The notes beneath the pieces are model-generated. The model was not told the DNA's origin and searched no databases. It saw only the letters and a program-made list of their open reading frames with translations. A DNA stretch of 64,000 nt, taken from NCBI GenBank assembly GCA_964016885.1, contig OZ024747.1, forward strand, positions 31,992,001 to 32,056,000, in the 5' to 3' direction. A program made the translations under genes and the position numbers. The stretch is from Eledone cirrhosa (lineage: Eukaryota). Below are positions 25,976 to 38,160 of this stretch, piece by piece (within the stretch, counting starts at the first letter, position 1; the number at the start of each line of letters is the position of its first letter).

Positions 25976-27447
25976 AAAATTAAGAACAGTATAGGAACAT
26001 GTTGAGTGTGACTGAAGTTGTGAAATGGTGGTAGTAACATAGAAAAATAAAGGGTGGGGGGGGGGGGGTCATGTTGGATGTGAGCGAAGAGATAAAATGG
26101 TGATAACACAGGAAAATAATCAGACATGTTGGATTAACAGTTGAAATAATGGTAGTGATGTAGAAAAATAAGGTTGGATATGGGGTGGAGTATGTTGGAT
26201 GTTGGGGAAAGAGACGAATAATGGTAGCTATGTAGAAAAATTAACAGGTAAACAGGTACATGTTGGATGTAGGTAAAGAATGAAATGATGGTGATCAGAC
26301 AAAAAAATAAAGGGAACATGTTGGATATGGCATGAAGATGTGGAAAGTTTGTAGTAATGGAGAAAATCAAACAGCCATGTTTGACGTGGGAAAGAGATGA
26401 AATGTTATTAGTCATCTATAAAAATAAATGATGTTGGATGTATGTGAAAAGATAAGATGATGGTAGTAGTGTAGAAAATACAGTAGAGTATGCTTGATGT
26501 TGGGTGAAAATATGAAATGATAGTTATAACAGAAAAATAAAGAAGCCCATATTTGATATTGTAGAAGAAATGAAACGATGGTAGTAATGTAGATAAATAA
26601 AGGGATGAAGTGTGGAGATGGAAGAAAAGATGAAATGAGGGTAGCAATGTAGGAAAAACAAAAAAAAAAATCAGGCATGTTTTATGTCTTTAAAAAGATG
26701 AAATGATGGTTGTAATATAGAAAAACAATCAGTGAATATTTTCTTATTTGGTGAAGAAATGAAACAATTGTAATAATGTAGAAATAATGTGGGCATGTGG
26801 ATGAATTGATGAAATTATTTTAGCAACACAGAAATATATACATGTCCATTTCGGGTGTCATTAGAGAAATGAAATTATGGACGTAATGTGGAACGAAAAA
26901 GGGTGCAATTTGGATATGGGTGAAGAGAGGAAAAAATGGCAACAATATAGTAAAATATAGAGGTCATATACGAATTGGTTGGAGAAATAAAAGGATGTTA
27001 ATAACCTAGTAAAACAAACAAAAAAAAACAGGCCATTGGATGCAGGTGAAAACATAAAATGATAAAATGAATGTGGTAATGTAGAAACATAAACAAAGAA
27101 GGGTGTGAATGAAGAGATAAAATGAATGTGGTAATGTAGAAACATAAACAAAGAAGGGTGTGAATGAAGAGATAAAATGAATGTGGTAATGTAGAAACAT
27201 AAACAAAGGGTGTGAATGAAGAGATAAAATGAATGTGGTAATGTAGAAACATAAACAAAGAAGGGTGTGAATGAAGAGATAAAATGAAATGTAGTCATGT
27301 AGAAAAACCAGGGGGTTGGGGTATGTAGGATGTAGGTAAAGAGATAAAATTATGGAAGTAATGTAGAAAAATAGAGGGGGGCATGTTTGGATGTGGCTGA
27401 AGAAATGAAATGTTAACAATAAGGAAAATAAACAGGAAATGAAGGTA

Positions 27448-27612
27448 ATAATTGTTTCTACTTTTGGCACAGTGTATTACTGGTACTTTATTTTATTGAC
27501 CCCGTAAGGATGAAAGGCAAAGTTAACCTCGGCGGGATTTGAACTCAGACCATAAAGGGCCATAACTCTTTACTGCAAAGCATGGCATCCGACCCTTTAC
27601 CGATACTGCCAA
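27448..27612 (-). mobile_element. SINE-A inserted in the minisatellite
   Basis: Near-identical to 5640-5830. Confidence 0.85.
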
Positions 27613-27738
27613 ATAATGATGAAAATTCAACAAGGAGCATGTTGGATGTGGGCGAAGCGTTTGAATGATGGTATTAATGTAGAACAATAAAGAAAAGGCT
27701 TGTTAGGTGGTGGTAAATAGATGAAATGATGGTAGTAA

Positions 27739-28102
27739 TCATCATCATCATCATCATCACCGTTTTACGTCCGTTCTTCCACGCTAGCATGGGTTAGACG
27801 GGTTGTTCTGTTGTGGGCAGTGTCTGGTTGGCTGACCTTGTCTTGCTCATATGGGAACTGATTCTGGCTTGATTTCTACAGCTGGATGCCCTTCCTAACA
27901 CCAACCTCATTTACAGTAAGTGCTGGGTGCTTTTTTGCCGTGGCGCCTACACGTCCACTTTACAGTAGAATGATAGGGACTCCAGTCCTATCATCTCATT
28001 TCTACAGCTGAGTAAACTGGAGTAATGTGAAATAAAGTGCCTTGCTCAAGGAAATCAACACATCACCAGGCCCGAGAATTGAACTCACAACCTTTCGATT
28101 GG
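27739..28102 (-). mobile_element. SINE family B (tRNA head, RTE-derived tail, (GAT)n)
   Basis: Reverse complement of 30681-31003 / 53596-53930. Confidence 0.85.
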
Positions 28103-30413
28103 AAAAATAAAAGATGCCATATTGGATATGGATAAAATGATTATATTAATGTATAAAAACGAAGGGGGTTATATTGATTGTGGGTGAAGAAATGAAATGA
28201 TGATGGAAATGTATAAAAAAGAAAGGGAAGCATGTTGGATGTGGTTGAAATTTGAACTGGTTGTAGTAATCTATAAAAATATGGTTAGTAGGTATATTAG
28301 ATGAGAAGAAGAGATGACATTCTATAAATATGAAAATAGGTGTATGTTTGATGTGTGAGGAATACATCCTTTTGTTCATCGAGAAAATATATTTCCTGTC
28401 AGCAGAAGTAATAGCTCTCTGAACATTTCCCATTTTGTTCGTACTCTGCTAAATATGCTTTAGGAGTACCAATACCCCAGCTAGAAGACACTATCAATTA
28501 ATTTTATGGCACATTCTGGCCATTGGAAAGACTTTACAGCAATCACATAGGTTATGTTTAAATCAATGCATATTTAATTTTGCAGAGAAATAATAAACAG
28601 TGGGGACAGGGCAACTCGTCTAACCCATGCTTAGCATGGAAAAATGGACCTATGATGATGATGATAGCTATATCACAACAGCATTGAAAGCAAAAAGTGT
28701 AAAAGTGACATTGAATCTAACTACTTTCATCTTGCATCTCATAAGCAATTATTTAACTTACTGTCTATCAAACCAAAGTTAAGAAGAATATATCTTATGA
28801 ATAATATAAACAAACTATTACTAGCATAAAGACATTTACATAAAGAGGAACTGTATGTACATGGTTCTTTCTCTCTTTTCCTCCACACAACCAACACCAC
28901 TTCCACCCACATCCTACTAACACCTCCACCCACCCACCAACCACCCTCTCTTCAACTTTTCACACAGACCCCACCTCCATACTACCACCACTAACCCCCA
29001 ACACACACATCCTACTATCATTTCCACTAATATACCCCCCACACACCACCCTTTCCTTCAAATGTCACACTGACCTCACCTCCTCTCACGGCCACCACAC
29101 CTCCGCACACATATACACACACATACTTACACACCTGCCAGTCTCACCCATACACACCTGCCAGCTACTTATTCCCACTATGGACAGCAATGCTACTACC
29201 TCTCACCAGTCTGTTCTGTCAGTTTATTCTGCCCCCCCCTCTCTCGCTCACACATTTCCCTGCCACCCCACCCCCCCTCGCCCATTGACTTGACCATCTT
29301 GACCACTTCCTGTTGCATGTGCCTCATAACATCCCACTTCCTCCTCACCATTCCTATGGATCCTACCCTAGAGCTTACCCCCTCGGGTACCAATGCGATT
29401 CCAACTTGGGACCGTGCCACCACTCACACAGACACACAATTTTCGCACACACGCAACCATACATTCCACACAAACCCACATCATCCTCTCCACACCACAA
29501 AAACACACACATGCGCATCCTCACATACACCCACACAGCCTTCAGATTCTGCACGATGGACCCCACCCCATCCAACCCCGTTCTATCCACACACACACCC
29601 ATCTTACACTCCACCCCAACATACACAATGGTTTTTCAAAACACAGAAGTACATACCCTGCTCTTCTCCAGACTCTCACACTTACATTCATGCATACACA
29701 CACAAACGTATATCTACATACACACACCTCACCTTCCGCCATCCCTGCTCGGACTCCTGTTAGTAGTATTAGTTTCATGCTCTCACTAAGCATGAAACTA
29801 ATACTGCTTGTAACTTGTACTCCTGCGTTATCTGTTTTTTGTATTCCGAACTATATACACTTATAAATATACATATACATATATATATATATATATATAA
29901 ATATATGTGTGTATAAACAAACACACACACACACACTTGTGCATATATATATATATATATAAATGATAACCATATAACAATATATTTCTTTAAAAATAAC
30001 ATATATTTCTGATAGCAAGTTCTTTGGATACAAGGAGAACATAGATGACAATCTGAATCTGACATTAGCTTTCTCTTGGACATAAATATAAATATAGGAA
30101 TATAATTTATATTCATATAGATGGATATCTCTATATTTCTTCCCCTTTCATTCTACCAGTGTCGTGCTATTTCTTTCAACAAAAATCTAGAGCTTGAAAA
30201 TTGATAACGCAAAATTCTATGTGGAATTTGTAAATAAAATATGATTATAAAAAAAATGCAAGAAGCCTGGAGACACAAACATTAGAGTATATTCTTTTCT
30301 CTAAGAATCTATCATAAAAGCGATATTTCAACATCTTGTAATTCATAGATAACAATCTGGTCTCATTAGAAATAATTATTAATTATTATCCTTCTTTCTC
30401 TAGTCTCTCTCTA

Positions 30414-30447
<34 letters not shown>

Positions 30448-30457
30448 CATGAGAGAG

Positions 30458-30575
30458 AAAGTACCAGGTTCAATTAGGGGTAACCAAAGTAAGTAAGGTA
30501 CTCAATACATTAGTAGAGAGTAAATATCAAATTTAATATGGAAATGGCTTCTACAGGACAAGAATTGTTTCAATC
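30458..30575 (-). mobile_element. Truncated copy of the 2830-2965 hammerhead module
   Basis: Minus strand GAAACAATTCTTGTCCTGTAGAA...ATGTATTGAGTACCTTACTTACTTTGGTTACC. Confidence 0.75.
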
Positions 30576-30608
30576 ATATTAAATTATACACACACACACA
30601 CACATGGA

Positions 30609-30641
<33 letters not shown>

Positions 30642-30680
30642 CCATATGTATGTGGATATAAATTTATATATACATATATA

Positions 30681-31003
30681 TGGAGGCACATGGCTTAGTG
30701 GTTAGAGCATTGGCCTTGCAATCGAAAGGTTGTGAGTTCAATTCTCAGACCGGGTGATGTGTTGTTTCCTTGAGCAAGACACTTTATTTCACATTGCTCC
30801 AGTTTACTCAGGTCCCTATCATTCCACTGCAAAGTGGTCGTGGAGGTGCCATGGCAAAAAAGCACCCAGCACTCACTGTAAATGAGGTTGGTGTTAGGAA
30901 GGGCATCCAGCTGTAGAAATCAAGCCAAAATCAGTTCCCGTCCCACCCTTGCAAGCAGGGAAAAGCGGACGTAAAATGAAATGATGATGATGATGATGAT
31001 GAT
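30681..31003 (+). mobile_element. SINE family B, full length
   Basis: Box A TGGCTTAGTGG, box B GAGTTCAATTC, CCTTGAGCAAGACACTT core, GGTTGGTGTTAGGAAGGGCATCCAGC..GGACGTAAAATG(ATG)n tail. Confidence 0.9.
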
Positions 31004-31179
31004 ATATATATGTGTGTGTGTATATATATATATTATTACCACAGATTAAAAGTTTAAGCAAACAATTTGAGCTTTCACCCTAAAGCGAGATCTTTTGAAA
31101 TAGCTATATTGATCCATGACTGTAGATATACATATTTCAAAAAATTACAGTAGACCACTTTTAGGATATAAAATCAGTA

Positions 31180-32500
31180 TGCAGAAACAAATATTCTGGT
31201 ACCAAAAAGAAAGATATACTTAAAAATACTTATCCCCACAAAATTATTCTTTCATAAAAAGGATACATTAGTGTGTATTCTATTTCAACCATCAGAAAAA
31301 AGCTGATAAACATCAGGAAATGTTTAGATCCTAAATTTATAATAATCCTCCAAGCAACCCAGCTTCATTACCGTTTGAAATGGATTTACTAGAACTCATA
31401 CAAAGTATCAAATTTAGAAAGAGAATCAATCAAACAGGATTTAAAGAAAACAACCAAATATATAAAAGATTCTAATGCAGTGTATTTCCACTCCAATAAA
31501 ATCGGTAATCTATACCAACAGCTTCTAAAGAACAAGAAATCACACTGGAGTGGTAGGCTTTTGGAAGAGTGAGTGTTATCTTCAAGAATAAATATATGCC
31601 AGGTTTATGATCCATGTATTCTGCCAACTGTCATCTACAGATCAGAAACCTGGACCCTAACAAAAAGCAAACTCTAAAGCTACAAACAATGCAAAGAGAC
31701 AATGAAAGGATAATGTTAAACATCACATGACAAGATCAAAACCCACCGAATTGATCTGGGAACAAACAGAAGTTCACGGCATCTTAGAAACCCTTAACAA
31801 AGCAAAATTGAAGTGGGTCAGAATGACTGACAACAGATGGACCATCTGACTGACCACATTCTGGACCCCATGAGGTAACAGAAGACCAGGTGGCAAGATG
31901 ACTTTGAGAAAATTGAAAACTTTTGGCCATGAATGGTTCAGGATTGATAAAGATAGTGCAGCTTGGGGAAGGCCTATATCCAACAATGGACCTCCCAGGG
32001 CTGAAGATCAAAGAGTTAATGCTGTTACCAAAGATTATCAGAAAACTGATCAGAGTGTAATTAACGACATCAACAATGTTGGTTTTAAAATCATTTCAGA
32101 ATTGGACTAAACCCTTGGACCCCATTACTCCTTTGTTTTACCCTGAAGGATCATAAACTGAATTTTAATAACAATCCATCTATTCAGCTGATTAATCACA
32201 CTAAGTCTGATTTAGATGGTTTAGTAAAAGAATTTTAGGTAGAATTATACCCCAAATTAGAGGTATGGTCCCTTTAGCCTTTTGCAGTAACAGAGTGGTT
32301 AGGGGCATATATAACATGGAACACTGTCGTTTTATCCAATTTGACATCAACAAATATTATTCTTGCATCACCTTACCACTCCTTCTTAGTGGGTATTCAT
32401 TTTTCAAAAGGTTTATGAAGATTAAGGATTCCCATGGGCTGCCTTGCTTACAATATAGTCATTACTTCACTGTGTGTTAAAGTTCCTGGGTGTGGTGCAA
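31180..32500 (+). pseudogene. Decayed PLE N-terminal/RT fragment interrupted by an RTE piece
   Basis: TLKDHK..NFNNNPSIQLINHTKSDL (~32140-32215), CRFIQFDINKYYSCIT. Confidence 0.7.
31530..32010 (+). pseudogene. RTE-clade LINE 3' fragment nested in the PLE
   Basis: SETWTLTK..LQTMQR..ERIMLNIT, WEQTEV..ILETLNKAKLKW..RMTDNRWT, GHEWFRIDKDSAAW. Confidence 0.7.
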
Positions 32501-32779
32501 TCTCCAAAGATAAGGTGTTCACTGTACATCCTTATGTCCCTATAGTGAAGTGCCCCACTTTTGTTCCACCCTGCATGGAATATTTGTGTTAAGATTGTTA
32601 GTTTTATTATTAATCAGTCTGCTCTACTAGTTTAGCTCCCCTATGCTCGTTTGGTGTTTCAGTTCATGCAATATTTTTCTGATATTTTTAGATTTAGGTG
32701 TGTCACTATTTCTGGGTGGTTGCATTGAGTTAATGCTGCCCCCTCTAATATCTTCCATATTAATAGTATTCTCAGTTCT

Positions 32780-33095
32780 CCCTGTAAACAGTCATTTCTC
32801 AGATTTAGTTTTCTCTGTACTATGGCTATCACCCTTAGGATTATACATAATCTTACCTTTATGTGCTGCCCTGGCTAAGGCTGTATTGTAATAATCTGTT
32901 TTCTTGGAAGATCATATTTGCAGATATGCTGGAGATTCTCTCAGAGACTCTCTTAACTATGGCCTTATCTATTGTTCTAGGGTGGTTTTATTTAGCATTA
33001 ACATATGTTGGGTTTTCATTGGGTTTATGGTATGGATAATATAGTCCTGTTACTAACTTTAAAGTGGTGTCTAAAACTGTTAAATCTGCTGATGA
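32780..33095 (-). pseudogene. Inverted PLE thumb-domain fragment
   Basis: Minus strand LDTTLKLVTGLYYPYHKPNENPTYVNAK*NHPRTI..ERISSISAN..YYNTALARA. Confidence 0.7.
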
Positions 33096-33264
33096 CATTG
33101 ATACCTGATCTTCTTTTGACTCAGTCTATCCTCAGTCGCCTCAGCCTTCTATAAATGGGAGACAAATCTAACACTGCCTCCACCATATCAAGTGCATCCA
33201 TAATCTACCACAATTAAATAACATTAACAATTTAGTGTATCAATTTTAAAATCTTAAATATCAT

Positions 33265-33478
33265 AATGGTTTCTGATTTAAGCACAAGGCCAACACTTTG
33301 TTTGGAAGTGGAAAGTCGATCAAATCAACCCCAGTGCATTACTGATATTTATTTTATCAACTCTGTAAGGATGAAAGACAAAGCTAACCTCAGCAGAATT
33401 TGAACTCAGAATGTAAAGGGACATAAGTCTATGCTGCAAAGCATGTTGTCTGATGCTCCACCAATACTGCCAAACCAT
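33265..33478 (-). mobile_element. SINE-A
   Basis: Same head, core and tail motifs as other copies. Confidence 0.8.
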
Positions 33479-34917
33479 TAAATTTCATAAGATATTTATT
33501 TTGTTATCATCATCATCATCGTTTAACGTCCATCTTCCACACTAGCATGGGTTTGTTTAGATAATGTTTACAAAGTTTTTGTGTAATTTTGTTATTGTTT
33601 ATCATATTGTGAGTGCAGCATATATATTTCCAATATCATACATACATGCATAAGTAATCAATCCCAACCATTGTCTCACTTGGAGAGAACTTCCACTCCT
33701 AAGAGAAGAGTTTAATGAGGATTCATTGCAATATAACATAAAGATCAAATGATTTCAGCAGTATGGCCCACCTCAATATTATTGAAGTTATAGCCCTAAG
33801 AATTTCTGTAAATTAATAACTGAAGATGTTTTTGATAAGCAGGAATTTTCTAGTACATGCAAATTGATAGATACAGCTTGTGGTCCATACAATTACCAAA
33901 GCTTCTATCAATACATTTGAATATTAAGATCCAGTAATGCTTTACCACTTTGGTAAATATATCACTGAAGAGTTAGTCTGTGATATTTCTTATATAGACT
34001 ATACCTTATAGTATTGGCTGTCAACATGACAACTGTGTTTATAAAAATTCTCATAGCAGGGTTCTCAGCAAAAACAGTTTATCAAATGTTTATCAAAAAT
34101 TGTCCAACAAAATTCACCCATTTTCTCAAACAAATACATAAGTAGTTTGAATTTTCTAGCAAGTTTCAACCCTAAAACATAACCAATTCTAATAAAAGCA
34201 TTCAATTCTTTCTTATTTGATGATGAAGAAACATCAACTATTTGGAGAAGAACTTTTCTATGATATGAAGAAAATACCTAAAACTACCTTGTCTTGTTGC
34301 TGTAAAGGATACATGTTTGTATCTCTCAGTCAATTTAATATAATCTTATTCTTCATGTTCAGTATTAGGAGGTTATAAAGCATGGCTTGGATGGTGCAGG
34401 CTTCCCTTCCTAGCTCAACCAGCCTGCAGGGCTGGAGTGAGAGGATGGTAACAGGCCAGACTGCATGATCTTCCCATTCCACATGAGTAGGGCTCCAGGG
34501 CTAGCACATTATGACACCGTCTCTTGCAGCACCCTAGTATGTTTGACTACCTGCCAAAAAGATCGTCTTATATTTGAATATATACTTAAATATAAGTATT
34601 TCAGTTTTTGAGCTTTCATCATCAATTTATTCCACATATTCCCCATGATATTTGAACTTAGAGCTTAGAGAACCAGCCCAAATATCCAACACATTAATCC
34701 CTCTGTCAAATCAACCACACATTTTAATAACCACAAAATTTGGATTGCAAAAACTTTTTATTGTCTACACGACGGACATTGATAGGAAGCATTATTGAAG
34801 TTGATGTCTGTCTGAATATGGTTTCTGGCAAACTTTCATAAATGCTTTATTCCTTGTACCACGATGACCAGATAACAATATTAGTTATAATAAAGCCATG
34901 ATAACTCTAATCAGTTA

Positions 34918-35735
34918 ATGAAGTTAACTTTTCTGGATATTTTATCTGAAAATTTTCTAATACCACTATTAAAATCAATTTCTCCGGCAATATTTGATTC
35001 AATACCCAGTCTTGTTAAATCAACAAACCTGGTTTGAGATATGTTAGACCATAAAGTTTTTCTGATATGAGGGTGTTTATATTTAAATTTGTTGATGCCA
35101 CTTCAAACTAGAATTGTCAACAATATTCTCAAACAGGCTGAAACATTTTTTAAATATCTTACAAAGTTCAAAGTCAGTCACTAAATTTAGCAATTCTTAA
35201 AGACTCAGCTTTAGTCTCCAATATTTTAATTGTTAAAATCATTAATATATATATATATTTCGATTTTCAGATGGAGTTGTTTTGTCTATTGAACATCCTC
35301 TAACTGATGATGATATATTATATACGTTGTATAAATTATATATAATCTTACAGAATGAAAATATAAACACATATAATAAATACAATTAATTATTACTAGG
35401 AACCTCATAAATATAATGCACAAAAATATATGATTTAAGTGAGAGAAAAGAAAATGGTAATTCTTTTGTTTTAATTTTGTAATTTTTTATTTTTATTTCA
35501 CTTCCTAACATTGTAGAATAGTTTTGCCAAGAAAAAATTCAATACTTGCAATAACTTTATCAACCAAAACATAAAACAGAGATTTTTTGAAGTAGGTCTC
35601 TTGTGAAGAATCACCTGCATCAGCCATTTCTGCCAGGTTGGCATCAGGTGTTGTGTTGTCATCCAACTTCTTCTCATTTGACATATACTTACCTGCCAAT
35701 AAGAAAGTGCGATTTCCATCACAACATTCGACCAT
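34918..35735 (-). pseudogene. hAT-superfamily transposase relic (C-terminal dimerisation region)
   Basis: ETYFKKSLFYVLVDKVIASI; ACLRILLTI; LWSNISQTRFVDLTRLGIESNIAGEIDFNSGIRKFSDKISRKVNF match the hATC/ZMYM1-like pattern. Confidence 0.65.
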
Positions 35736-37400
35736 TCTATATGGTTTTACATTTGTTTAAATATATTTTGATCAAATTATTTCATATATTTTTTTTAACA
35801 TCATATATCATCATCAACATCATCAACATCATTTAGCATATGTTTTTCTTGCTAGCAAAGGTTGCATGGATCATCACAAACCATATTAATACTCAAGTGG
35901 AGTTACTGACATCTAAGATGTTTGTGGGCCTGAATTTCCCATATTCTACCTGGTCCTTAGGCAGACCGGAAGCCCTTTTCTTGCTTACAAATCATTCCCA
36001 TGCATTTAATGTGGCATCAACACTAAGAAGGTTTTCATGCTTTTCACAAAACTAAAGAGTTCTCCCAGTCTTTTGTCTGGTTGGTTTTCTACAACAGGAT
36101 GTCCTTCTTATTTTACAGAGTGTATAGTACAAATTTATCGTACAGATCACCAACACATATACTTGTGAATAATATAAATTGGCAGTTTACAAGATTCAAA
36201 GTATGAAGGGTGTACATTTTCTTTTAATTTAATAGATCCATTTTTAATGCCAATTTATTCATTAGGCTGCTTCATGAATTCAATAACAAAATTCAAAGCA
36301 GCTTTGTTTGATCATTCTGTTTTATTATATGATTAAGTTGCTGCATTGCAGGTCATATTCAAATTTTTCCTGAATTTAGCACTATGGAAAAGGTTTCATT
36401 GATTTTTATTCTTTGACAGAATTTTCTATATACTTTTTTTGTAGTACAAATTCTCCTCATTCCTAAAGGTCTTCAAATAGTTTGCTACAGTTAGAATTTA
36501 AAGCTTGAAAGCTGCATTTTCAGACATGAAAATCAAAGTATTATGGTGAACAAAATGATAAACTTTATTCGTTTCATCCTGAAGGCTATCATGTACAGAA
36601 AACATCATGGCATTATTATTATTTTATTTTATTTTTCAAGTTCTAACACATTCAGTTTCACTCACTGCTGCAGGATTAACTGTATACGTTTTTCTCTGAC
36701 CAATTAATGAGATATTCTTGAGCTGATAAGTTTTTGGTAGCATGTATTTCTATAATTCCTTATGGAATAATATTTTTGTAATCATAACAGCAACGAACTC
36801 TAACACTAAAACAACTTGTAATTTCTGAAAACAGAAAGTTTAGCTTAGAAAGCCAGCATGTAAATGTCTTTTATCAGCTAAAAGTCAAATTGTAACATAT
36901 GCATTTTACAAATGTTACATTTGGATTCATATTTCTGAAGCACAAAAACACTAGATTATGTTACTCATTAACTTTATTTGTTCCATCTCTTCTGAGGCCA
37001 ATGCAATTATTTATATCAATGTGGTTTATTGTTAAAATATTTTTAATTGCTATAAAGGTGTGCTCATGTATGAAGATGCTATAAAATAGCTTATAGGGCA
37101 AAGACCCTTTAAAATGGAGAAAGAAGTTATCACCATCTGTTAGGAATCAAAGACCATATCTCCCAGGGGTTTGATTCTTCATAACCTCCAATGACAACAT
37201 TTTTTCAATCTTTAAAGGTCTTCACTCTATTGTATAAGCTATTTTATAAGCAATTTCATAGCATCTGTGTGCACATCATAAAAGTCCAAGTGATTGGTTA
37301 CATTTACACAATTTTCAATTACATTATAAAAACTTTTGACAGTTGTTGGTACAATAGAAATCATCCCTATAGAGGATGTTTTCCTACTTTTATGCTTATA

Positions 37401-37597
37401 CAAGGTTAGTTGAAAAGTTCATAGGCTGACAATCAAGAAGAGATGCTAGAGCTATGACATCTTGCATGTATTAATTTCAACTCTTCTTATTTATAACTTC
37501 ATTGGTTCTTTCCAGCGACTATGTTGAAAAATAAACCTCATTTAGTCATTCCATGAGAGAATCATAGTTAGCCTATGAACTTTTCAGCTGTCACTTG
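37401..37597. mobile_element. Tc1/mariner-type MITE
   Basis: TA-CAAGGTTAGTTGAAAAGTTCATAGGCTGAC ... GTTAGCCTATGAACTTTTCAGCTGTCACTTG-TA: ~30-bp TIRs and TA target duplication. Confidence 0.75.
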
Positions 37598-37937
37598 TAG
37601 AAAAACCACCTGTATTAATAACGAGTATTGGACATTTTAAGTTCAAAACAAACCTCTCAGGCAAAAGAAGAGCAATAACATTTTATTAGATATAACTAAA
37701 CTTTTTGAAGTAACCCCTAACCTTGTTGTAACGCCTCATTTGAAATGTTGGTGAAATACCACTCAAATACTACACTGATATGCTGTTTATAGACTGTATT
37801 TAATTCAAATGTTTCACTTCTGTATTTAAGGTAGATACTTTTTAAACTGGGTTCAAATTCATACAATTATAAACCTTCTTTCTGTGTTTTATAGGTTTCT
37901 CATAGTCAGTGGATTTGCATGGTTACAATTGTATACA

Positions 37938-38160
37938 TGGTGGATTGGCAGAATCAGTAGAGCATCTAACGACAGGCATTACAGCATAGAATTATGACCC
38001 TTTGCGTTCAGAGTTCAAATCCCTCTGAGGTTATCTTTGCATTTCAACCTTACAGGGTCAATAAAATAAAGCACCTTTAGTGCACTGGGGTCGATTTAAT
38101 TGACTTTCCCCATTCCCCATATTTGTTGGCCTTGTGCCTAAATCAGAATGCATTATTATT
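37938..38160 (+). mobile_element. SINE-A
   Basis: GGTGGATTGGCAGAATCAGT head, GAGTTCAAATCC, tail GGCCTTGTGCCTAAATCAGAA..ATTATTATT. Confidence 0.8.

Larger units (their letters stand above)
25970..28350 (+). repeat. Degenerate ~55-60 bp minisatellite with a young 55-bp expansion (27061-27287)
   Basis: Consensus-like GATGAAATGATGGTAGTAATGTAGAAAAATAAA..CATGTTGGATGTGGGTGAAGA; near-identical units start at 27061, 27116, 27171, 27223, 27278; interrupted by two SINEs. Confidence 0.85.

Noticed and set aside
27061-27287. Regular repeats as a CRISPR array
   Set aside because: Contiguous tandem units without unique spacers; eukaryotic context, no cas genes
29196-29866. Overlapping His/Thr/Pro-rich ORFs
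   Set aside because: CA-rich low-complexity sequence; no recognisable domain
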